Below, one piece after another: positions 1-11,600 of a stretch of DNA of 64,000 bases. This DNA comes from Adineta vaga (lineage: Eukaryota; Animalia; Rotifera): the NCBI GenBank assembly GCA_021613535.1, contig CP075494.1:9610001-9674000 (forward strand), given 5' to 3'. The notes below the pieces were generated by a model that searched no databases, had not been told where the DNA came from, and was given only the letters and a program-made list of their open reading frames with translations. Every line of letters begins with the position of its first letter. The stretch's first letter is position 1. The position numbers and the translations under genes were made by a program.

Positions 1-38
1 ACAAAAAAGAAGTTTTTATCGATTTTTTCAATCAACTT

Positions 39-1636
39 TTATGCATTATAACCAAGTAGACGTTGTACACTTGGATATCGCATTCGAACTGGCATACATT
101 TTTGTTGATCGATATAGAGAGTATTTTTTTTCATTTCGATTTCTTTTACTAACATCTGATGATCATCATGAAGTTTCTTTAAATTTGATTCTGTTTCACG
201 TAATTCACCAGTAAGACTATCAATTGATTGTGATAATTGATAAACTTCACCAATTAAACTAGAATAAGCATAAGAATAGATAGTTTTCTTGATAATTTCT
301 ATTTATTTACTGATCTTGTGCTGGATCATGACAGGATTCAATACCAGGTCGAGCACGTCGATCATTAAGACGAGTTTGTGCTACTTTAAGAGGTGCTTCT
401 TTTGCACGTATGGATGCACGAAGTGTATCAATCTTTTTCTCAGTTTCCGCTACAGCTTTTAATGTCTAAATTCATATGAATTATCAGTATGTTTTCATAC
501 CGAAATTGATTATAATGATCTATTACCTCACGCATATTATAGATCATTTTCTGCATAGCATCCGATATTTCTGCAATACGTCGACCAAATTCAGTTTCGA
601 CTACATCAGCTTGTTCACGCATATCACGTGAAATATCAGCAAGGATACTATCAATGAGTGAACGTAATTGTATTGAAGCCATCAATTGATTTTGACCATT
701 CACAATATTATCATGAGAATTTTGTGCCCAAGATTCAGGTGTCGATTGACTGAAAATGATTAGTATGCAATAGTAAAATTAGTTACTGCAAAAACAAGAT
801 TTACTTGTCATAATGTCGAGCAACACCTGGATAGAACATAATATCAACATCTTCATTACGGCGATTTGTTGCTTTAGCATCAGCAACTGCTGCTTCCCAT
901 TTATTGCTCCAATCCATTTCAAGATTTTGTTTGGCGTTACGATTAGCTCTGGTTTCAGGAAAAAATTGTATTATTTGAACGATTACAATGTATAATGAGC
1001 ATGAGCATATTTACCTAATTTGTTGTTCAGCAGTCATAATTGTTTGACGCAAGAGATTTTGTATATTATTAATGATTTCTACTTCTTTCATAAGAGCGAT
1101 ATCAACTGGATCATGAACACGATCTTCTCCATAACGACGTTCTCGATTAGTTAAACATTCAGTAGCTATATGGAGGGGAGCTTCTGTAGCATCTAATGAG
1201 TTAGTTAAACGTTTCTTTTGTGCAACAAGCAGATCAGTTTCATTTCGTACATCTTCAATCATTCGATTAAGTTCGAATTTCCAAAAATTAACATCATGTA
1301 AACTATAAAACAAAAACGAACATCGCGATATATAAAATTATTTCAAAGACAAACTTTTCAGAATAGAACTAACCGTTGTTGTAATTTTTTCGTTGATAAT
1401 GCTTGTGTTTGGTGGGATAGTGCAAGTGTTTCATTTTCCGTTCGAGTTGCTTGCCAACGTTGTTTTTCTGCTTCATCACGATCAGTAAATGTTTGATAAT
1501 ATTTTGCATAATTATTTTCATGCCATTCATTTGGATTATATTTATTCGAACGAAAACCAACGGTAGATACGCCTATACTTGATCCTGTTTGTCCACGATA
1601 ACTTGGATCGAATTCATACTTTTCTGTTGCTAACAT
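39..1636 (-). CDS. TEKT4: Tektin-4-like axonemal microtubule inner protein, 6 exons, complete
   Basis: Exons 1636-1374, 1302-1015, 948-805, 749-526, 465-311 and 258-39 join in frame via GT-AG introns. The N-terminus GFRSNKYNPNEWHENNYAKYYQTFTDRD and the segments LHDVNFWKFEL, LEMDWSNK and KEAPLKVAQTRL resemble tektin-4. A variant nonapeptide RPGIESCHD is present and the protein ends QRLLGYNA*. Confidence 0.9.
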
Positions 1637-1743
1637 TTCTATCAAATATGTAATACTAAATTAACTGATTAGTTAGAAAAGAAATAAGATTATTTAACTT
1701 TTTTCCTTGAAAAAGACTTATCGCACAAATATTTTCAATTGAC

Positions 1744-1756
1744 GTCACTAAGTAAC
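1744..1756. promoter_or_regulatory. Candidate RFX X-box upstream of the tektin gene, overlapping TGACGTCA at 1740-1747
   Basis: GTCACTAAGTAAC (reverse complement GTTACTTAGTGAC) lies about 110 nt upstream of the tektin ATG and resembles the palindromic X-box GTYNCY-N-RGNAAC found at ciliary genes. Confidence 0.5.
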
Positions 1757-3467
1757 AGACTTTCAAAACAAAGAGAGTGATAAAATACTATTACTCCATA
1801 TTCCGATGACATCTACACATTTCCAAAAAGTTTCGGAACTATATATTTTTCATTATCGAACAGGAGAATAAATAATATATAAATTCGAGAGAATAAATAA
1901 CAAAAAACGGTAAAAGAATGTGAGATTAGATATGAATATATGATCTTTTTATGTATTGTCTTAATTGTGGATGGATTTTAATTTTTATCTTTAGTTCAAG
2001 AAAATATTTTACAATTTTGCTAACTGGTTTATTGTTTCATATAAGCACAAAATTAAGCATTATGAAGGAAATATCTATCGAAAGTGATAATTCAGCGTCT
2101 TGTATTATAATTTGCAAATAAAAACTCGAGAGGTTGTAAATTGAATATAGAAGTGACGTACTCTCCATAAAAGAAATGATCTTCAGAAAGAATTGTAATT
2201 TGCTTTTGAGAATATCACGAATCATCAACGTTTTATTTTATATAGTTTTGATGACAAGAAACAGGTTCATCTGCTCATGTAATATGAAACATGATAGTAC
2301 ATATATAGTTTGGTGATCGATGGTGACTCAGAAACAATGTATTATTACAATTATGCAATAATAAAAATTCTTGCTCCAGTACTAACGCATGGTAGAGCAA
2401 GAATAAGATATTTTAAGATAGAATAGTGTTACCATTGTTGAGAATAACTCAATAGATATCAACGCAAATCGTATCATCTTACACCCTCAAGATGCACTGG
2501 ACTTTTCGCACATTCCAAACGAAAATCACTACAAAATATTTCTCAGTAGACAACAAATAACATTCTGCAAAAAATAAAAATAAAAATGACGGACAGTCAT
2601 CTGTATTTCTTTGTTATTCTTTTGCAGTAAAACAAAATTCAAGTTGCACATGTTTCAGTCTTTATTGTTAATTTAAGAAACGTTCATGTCTTTTGTATTA
2701 GTGATAATTGAACTAGATATAGAAAAAAAAAGTAATATTTCTAACAATTATCATCTGCATCACGTCGGGGTTTAACCTGTTAGTAATTCAGTAGGAATTT
2801 TCTTGAAATTGATGAACAGTTTGAAAGTAGATATTCGTTAATGAAGTGTATTAATGTACTTTAAAATAATTGTTTGTTGTTTCTTGCTATTAATACGTTA
2901 ACAATATCCATTTATCGAATAAGATTTTCTTTCGAAATATTACGTTCACATTGCTTCCATTACCATCACTCAGAACAGATAATAAATATTCATAGAGGTT
3001 CGAATTCTATAACTTGTTTGCCATATTCTATCATATAGATACGAATATCCATTGATTTTAATAATAAAAAGTTGTGTCGAAGATATAATTCGTCCATCTA
3101 GAAGATACACGCATAGATCGGTGTATGTATACTGTTAAAACTCGCCGGTATTGAATGCATTTAGAATCAAATTCTACGGCGCTGGTTTTTTTTCTCTTTC
3201 AAGACCTTAATACGTTTGTTTTTATTAAAAGCAATTCGGGATAAAATGAACAAACAATTATCCCGAAATGCGTATGAAAAAAAAACGAGCAAACAAAAAA
3301 AAAGTGAAAGAAAGATAATAACAAATCAAAGAGAAAAAGAAATGAACAAAGATGAATGACACAAAACGAGAGCCACCGGCAACAAGTGTTCACATATGAC
3401 TAGACTGACCCATTCTCTTGCGCAGAAGACTCTCTTTTTTTCCTGTCGTCGATGTTAGAATCCAATC

Positions 3468-6400
3468 TTATTTCGGTACAATTAGATCCAAATCTGCTTC
3501 TGTCAAAATTTTCGAATGCTTATGACGAAATGTTGGTTTAATCAATGATTTAGCGTCCATACGTACTGAAATATATGTAAGAAAAATTCATTCGAATATT
3601 CTATGAAATCATATTTGCTAACTGACCTGCATCAATATTTGAAAATTCTTTGGTTGCTAAATGTTGTGAAATACGTTTAGCAAACGATTTAAATAATTCC
3701 TAATAAGAGAAGTTCATTAATTTAAGTTTTGATTAAAATTAAGATAAATAGTTATACTTTAGATGAAAATCGATTAGCTTGATAAAATGGATTGAGTACA
3801 TCAACAACAACTTCTGATATAGTTTTGATATTCACAGGAAGCTTAATAAAATAAAATTTATCAGATCCCATAAGACAATAGAGATAACGATTTACAACTA
3901 TAGTACATATCTCTGAAATAAAAACTTACTTTGCTGTCACGAGCTTTTTTCGATGACGACGACGATGATGATTTTCGATTACTATTAGAAGCAGTAGTAG
4001 TGGATGAAGGATGATAGTCGTTTCGTCTTCATCGTTGATGACGTTGACAGTCGTTTGTTACTTGATTTTATGTCACCGGAAGAGTGACTTCGTTTTTTTG
4101 ATGATGTATGTTTGTGTCCTGTGCTTGAATTTAACGTTCCCGGTGGTAATGGTAAGGATTTCCGAGTCTTTGTTGGTGAAGTATCTTTCTTTTTAAGTGT
4201 TTTATTTTCGTTTGAATTATTCGTATTTAATAACGAACGAATGCGATCATCTAAACTTGGTTGTCGTTGAAGATTGCTATTTAATATTTGTTGTTCTTGA
4301 TCGTTGAGAAATGATGGTGATGAAGTTCCTTGTAATGATACAGGTTCTTCATTTGGTGATTGTATTGTTAGAGAACCAGATGGTTGTTCATTTAATTTTT
4401 GATGTAAAAAGTTTGACATCGATTCTAGACAAGTTTTTAATGTTCCACGAGCTTGTTTTGCTTTGACATCGAACGAATTTGTAGATAGAGGCGTAGAATT
4501 TCGACGATGACGATGGGTTGGTGATTGAGATTTAGCATTTGTTAAAGATTGATGAAGTACTTTAGATTTTTTTCGTTGACCATTGGGCTGTTTTAGTATT
4601 GAACCTTTTGGGGGAGCATCATTATTATTTGTGATATTTGGTTTCAATAGTGAAGTTTTATCTTGAGCTGGACTCATTGCTGATTTTGATGAAGATGAAG
4701 AGAATGAAGACGAAGACGAAGACGAAGACGAAGAGGATGATGAAGAAGAAGACGACGAGGAAGATGATGATCGTTTTCGAGTAGGTGATTTATTCTCGAT
4801 ATTTATAGGTGATAACGATGGTTGATTTGAATTATCTTGTTGTACTTCTTGTGGTTCGTTATCCGTATGTCCATTTGATTTAAGAATTTTTGTTTCGGGT
4901 TCAATAATTGTTTCAGTTTCTGAAAGCTTACGTTTCGTAGATGTAGGTGAAGATGTCAATTCAGTGACAGAATTTGTTGGCATCGAATCGACTATATACA
5001 AACTGGCATTGTTCTTGGTTGCTTTTGTAATTTCATTACACTAAAAAGTATGAATTATTTTGGAATGTAAAACAAACAACCGGAATTCTTTACTTTAGAC
5101 ATATATTTCATCTTATACATTGGTTCACTTTTCGTCGCAAGAAATACTTGATGTTCAAGCCAAACAGCTTTGTCCAAACATGTTTCTTCACTAAAGCATG
5201 AAAAAAGATATTATTTTGTCGATTTCTCTTTAATAAATTACTGTGCAAGACGTTGTATTTCATCATTGATAAAGTACTTTTCAATATTTTCAATTAATGC
5301 TTCTTTCAATTTTCGACAAACATGTTCACGAAGTTGAATAGTAACATTAGGCATTTTTCGATTATTTGGATCGATCAATGGACAATTAGCACTTGCTGTT
5401 GTCCATGTTTTTGATTTATTTTCTATTGCCTGAAAAATAGATTTTGTATTTTATTTAGACAGATACAACTCGTTTGATATTCTATTTTTTGAATTTTTAA
5501 TTACCGCTGCACGTCGTTTAAGTTCCTCTTGAACAAGTTTCGTGGCCATTCTTGCTGTTTCAGCGTCATTATCATCATCACGACGATAATTATCATCTGT
5601 ATTTCGATATTCACGTTCATCACGTCGATTAGCAACTCGACCACCTTCATACTGTTCTTCACTGCCTTCATTACGAAACATAATACGATTTGTTGAACGT
5701 CGATTGCTCGTATCATCGACTTTCTTTTTCTAAATAATCAGTGTACACATTCAATTTATCTTTCTTTCATCAATCAATTAAATTTACTTTTAAATTCTGT
5801 AAATTAGCTGAAACCAATTCACGTTGAGTACATACATCGCACATGGTTTCACATGGTTTCATCAACATATCACCAAAATAATTACAGATAACCAAATGTC
5901 GACATCTATACAAACAAACAATGAGAATCTTTTTCGTTATTTCTTTTTAAATGATAACATACTTAGCTTCTTCGCAATACTGAACAAGAGCATTAAAACC
6001 ATTTAGCATTGATGTTTTCTGTTCATCAGAAATTTTCTAAAAATATCAAATGAATCAAATGAACATGATTTAAAATGCTCTCTTACTTTTTCGTTTATTT
6101 CTTCATTAATAAGAAATAATTGTGTATCTCGTTCACGTGCTGAATAATACATTCGACAATTAGATCGATTTCCATCACGTCCAGCTCGACCAGATTCTTG
6201 ATAATAACCCGAAATCGATTTCGCCAAATCCCAATGAACAACAAATCTAATGATAATATTATTAATTTATATTTGAATAACATACTCTTTCGATTTCTTA
6301 CCTCACATCACCTTTATCAATACCCATACCAAAACTAATCGTAGCACAAATAATACTTGTTAAACCATCCATCCATTCTGCTTGAATTTGTGTTCGTTTT

Positions 6401-7624
6401 TCACTCGTTAAACCAGCATGATATGCTTTAACTGTACCAAATTTTTTTGTTTGAGTCAATTTATCAGCTAAATCGGAACATGAATTACGTGTACGACAAT
6501 AAATTATACCACTGATCGATTGTATCTATTGATAAAAGTAACATACAACAAGTTCGAAATATCATCAAATAAAGATATCTATCTTTACATCTGATGACGT
6601 CTTTGTTTCGTTAATAAATTCACATAGATTGACGAACGGATCATCGAATAAATCTTTGAATTGAACATCATAGAAAAGATTTGGACGAAACACTGATGAT
6701 TTAAATTCTAGCACTGGTTGTTTTAAATGTAAGGAACTAGAATTAAATAAGAAAAACAAAACTTGAAAAATTATCAATAGAGATGAATAACTCTAGAAAT
6801 ATACCTGTAGATATCTTCGATAACTTGTTGAGATGCTGTTGCTGTTACAGCAATACATGGAACATTACTTAGTTCATCATGTAATGTACCTAATTTTAAA
6901 TAATCAGGTCGGAAGTCATGACCCCATTGACTAACACAATGAGCTGTAAACACGAAAAAAGCAAATATTTGTTGCTTACAAACCAATGAAGTCTACCTTC
7001 ATCAATAATGAGATAATTCACTAGTTGACGTTGATGAACTTTTTTGATAATGGAAAGAAAACCTTGAAGAAAATAATAAAGGTGGTAAGAAAAAAAGCAG
7101 CTTATTCTAAAAAGAATCTCTTGTTACTTTGCGTCGCTGCAAGTTCTGGTGTTATATACAATAATCGCGTAGTTGGTTGTCGTTGCATCAGATCTCCTAG
7201 TACGATCTTTTTTTCTTGTGGACTCAAGGTTGAATTTAAAGTTCGAGCAACAATTTGCTTCTCATTTAATGCATTGACTTGATCTTGAATTAATGCTAAT
7301 AATGGAGATATAACCAATGAAAGACCATCTTCTTTATATACCGCAGGAAATTGATAGCATAATGATCTATGATAATTGTATGAATGAATAATGTTTAGTT
7401 TTCAATAAAATACGATACATACTTTCCAGCACCGGTTGGAAACGAAATGAAAACATCACTTTTCCCTAGAAATTAATAAATTAAATAAATGCTCTTATTT
7501 TTCTAAAGATACAAATAAACAAACCATGAATTATTGATAGAATGGCTTTTTCCTGGATATCAGATCGAAATTTTTCGAAACCAAATTTTTTTAAACATTG
7601 TTTCACTTTAATTTCTGTCGTCAT
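3468..7624 (-). CDS. RECQL5: RecQ5 helicase (helicase core, Zn-binding region, KIX-like domain, Ser-rich linker, C-terminal SRI domain); apparent +1 frameshift near 4010
   Basis: The spliced exons give [89 protein letters not shown] and CRH..C..C..CDVC. The KIX-like segment is [16 protein letters not shown]. The SRI-like end [32 protein letters not shown] is diagnostic for RecQ5. Confidence 0.92.
4688..4771 (-). repeat. Coding poly-serine tract (TCN trinucleotide repeat) in the RECQL5 linker
   Basis: A GAA/GAC/GAT-rich run on the + strand encodes about 28 nearly uninterrupted Ser residues on the - strand. Confidence 0.85.
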
Positions 7625-8682
7625 TGAAAATTCATCTTACGTTCTGTATTGATCTATAATAGATAAATAAAAACAAAATCGATAAGAGATATCGACTTGA
7701 TCAAGTATGAAGGTCAAATCAGGTGATTTCATACTAATCTACTGTCTGATGTAATAGCAAGGGATTGAATAGAAAAGTAAATGTTAAAGAATAGAACACT
7801 TTATATGCATCAATATATGGAAGACTTTCTATTTGACGACGTAACAGATTTTGTTTTTGTTAGTTTTAATTTAAATCTGAACGGTCATGAACTAAATCGA
7901 ATCAGATAATAATTCACAAAAGCAATAGCACCATCTATATAATAGAGATGAATCACGCACACGCACGTACGATGTAATTACGTGTCTGATTGGTTATTAA
8001 CATATCCGAAAGGTGGCATACAATATCATTAACATTTTAATTAATGATATTCAATAACAAATATTTGCTAGTTGATTTATACTCCAACTTATAACTATTG
8101 AACAAATGAGAAACAATTAAAGATCAATTAATTCAAAATTTCATTGATGTATTGAATAACAATCAGATTTTCATATCTATCACCATATGATTTCGGTATA
8201 AAATATGGGCAAAGCATATCCTGTCCCACAGATTTTTTCGTAAATATAGAATCTATTTAACATTCATATAGTTATCTGTATGCAATTCTTTACATAGCAT
8301 ACGTTATATTGAGTTCTTCAAATACAATCATATGACGACACCTTTCTTTTTCGTTTTCACAAGCGAAAGACTAAATTAACAAATCATCTACGTATTCTTC
8401 TATTCATCTCATGATTTATTTGCATAAATAATTACTACATTGTAATCCTAATAGAATGCAAATAAAATAGAGTCATTTTTCCATTGATTGCATCTGCCAA
8501 TCATGTAACCAATAAGAATCTTTTTCTTCCATAGATGTGACTCATCATCGGATGAGGTCATAGGATGTGACTTGATCAAATGCATCCAAGAAGCGTAAAT
8601 TGAGTTACACGTTTGTTTACGTGCTCAGAAAAAGACATGACAAGACTGATATAATTTTTCTGTTTATTACAAAATATTTCCT

Positions 8683-11600
8683 ATGTCAGCAGAATCAATA
8701 TTATTTTCAACAACTCGAGATAAAATGGTTCATAGTGATACTAATGAACAAGAATTAATTTCTTCAACAATTAGTGAAGATAGTCATACACCATTATCGG
8801 AAACAGTCACAACATTAGCCAGCAATGTTTATAAAGAATTAGAACGGATCATAAAGAATTTTGGTGAAAATAGTGTGAAAGATTTAATGCCCGTTATGAT
8901 TTCAACATTGGGTAACAGATCGATGTACTTTCTTTAATGTAGAAGAAAACCTTCTTTTTTTTGTCTCTCCTCAGAATCATTGGATAATGCTTTGCATGAA
9001 CGTGAAATTAATAAACTCGAAATGGAATCAATCAAAGAACAAAATGAACAATTATTTCAACAATATGAACGAGAAAAAAGTTTCCATAAAGAATATCAAC
9101 AAGTAATTCTCTTGAGAATAATCGCCTCTTTTTTGTCAAAGAAATTCTATACATTTGATTTATTTCATAGCGTTATTTACAAGTCGAAGATCATCTCGAA
9201 GAGATTAAACGAGAGAATGAAGAAAAATTACAAAGTCTTGAATCAATTGTAAAAATTTTTGAAATTAAAGCACGAAATGCATCAGATCATGTCGGAAGAT
9301 TAGAAGAGAAAGAAAATGATATGAAACAAGAATACAAACGTTTACATGATCGATATTGTGAAGTAAATTATATTCATATAAAGAAATTTGATCTCTTCTA
9401 TTCAATATTATGTATCTCTAGTTATTCAAAGCACATTGTGACTATATGGAACGAACAAAAATTTTATATGGAACAGATCGATTGGATCAATTACCATCTC
9501 ATTCTCCATCTCGGTTAGTTATTTAATAAACAAGCGAAAATATCTGTCGGGCATAGTTGATCGAATATTTTTCTTATTACTTACGAAGAAAATTAAATTC
9601 TTTTCTTTTTTTTAGTGGAAATCTTCAATTACCATCCACATCTCGTTCATCGAATGAAAAACAATCGAATATACCTGAGTCATCAACTGATGATGTCACA
9701 TCAAATCGTTCAGATGTATCTCTTACGTACGATTGAATTCATTCTTGTTAATCTTTTAAATAAATAATAGTTTTATTTCAGAACACAAGAACAATCTCAA
9801 CTTGGTACTGATTTTCAATCAGAAATACAAACTGCTGATGGTAAGCATACACAAACAGAATCAATGACAAGTAATGATGCAGCTGTCAATACAGGTAAAT
9901 TGTTTTATATTCAAAAGTCAAGAATCGAATGAATCAATCATCGATGTCTTTCCAGCTAAATTAGCAAAAATGACAATGATTGATGAGATATCTTTCAAAG
10001 AATTTGCATCAGGTTCGATAGATATTGTAAAATCAAATTCGATGTTGTATCTATATATATATATATATACGTGTATTGTAAAGTAATCTTGAGTAGAGAA
10101 GAGATTTCTATTGTTCTGTCTAGACGATGATAAGTCCTATCTTGAAAACTATAAACGTGGTAAGAAAAAACAACAACAACAAGTTTATCAGCTGATCCGA
10201 TCATCAATCTCATGCTTTGAATTCATATACCAACCTATCGCATGAGTTAACTAAAAAATAACAGGGATTTCTTTTTGTTATTTGATTGAACTAAACTGAG
10301 ATATTTGACATGTACCGCTCATGCTTTGCTTTTTGTATTTTGTATTTAATGTTTGTTTGTCTATGTTGCATGCTTTATAGAAATATTCTCCAAATTGCGA
10401 AGACTCAATCTTCTACCGAAACCGTTCGATGAACAACAATTCTGTGATATCGAAGATGAATTTGAACATTCAAATAATATGACAGGTGCTGGGAAGTAGA
10501 TTTAACTTCTTTTTTTTTCTAAAACATGTTTTTATAAAACAAGGATGAATTCTAATAATTTCATTGATTCTCTAATTAGATCCAACAGTAAGTGATGATG
10601 ATGATATATCCATTGATGATACGTATGTTGAAAAGATTTATTTCGAAAGAAATGTATGATGTATATTTTGTGATCTATAGGAAAAATTTGGAAGCATTCG
10701 ATAAAGAAACTCGAAATGATAATATTGATATATCAGATGTCGATGCATCAGCTGATTTATTCGGTAAGAAAATGAAACTTATTTATCTATGATTATTATT
10801 TTACTTCTTGTATAATATAGTTCGACAAAGTTTTTACGGTGAGATTTGATATTGTAATGTGGGATATAGGACTTTCTGTGCTCAACTCTAAATATTTTGT
10901 TTTGTTATGAAATATAAAATAACACTATTTCCTTGTGAATTTAGGTATGACAAAGGAAGTATCGAATTTAATTAAAGAAAATAATGAACTTTTGGAAACG
11001 AAGTATGTGTAAAGAGAATTCTCAAGAGAGAAAAGAAAACGTGTTCTATTCTACTTTTATAGAAATGCATTAAACGTATTGAAAGATGATCTACTCGTTA
11101 AAATTGAAGAATTATCAAAGTAAAAAAGAAAAGCAAAAGAAATGATTTTCTTTACAATAAAAGACAACTAATGATATGTTTTTAGTGAACAAGAAATCCT
11201 TCGTGAAGAAGTTGAATCATTACAAACAGTCAAAACTCGATTACAATCAAGGTAAATCTTCATATATTGAATTACAAATAGACAATCAACATTTCTTCTA
11301 TTCTTTTTTTTTCGTTAGAAATATCGAAGTTGAAGAAGAACTTCGGAAAATACGTGAAGAACTTGAAAAGAAAAAAGAAGAAGAGGTAAGAAGATTGAAA
11401 TCTAAACAACTTCATTGCATGTTCATATAATGTAGCCTACTAACATGTAAGTTACTTTTGCCAGATTTTGCTTGGCATAGTTGATTAATGCTCTATTGAT
11501 CTCTCTCTCTCTCTTTTGTTTTTGTTTGAATGATGCATGTTTGAATTAATTCAGGAAAATGTACCGACAGCAGATAGAAAGCGTTTTACTCGAATGGAAA

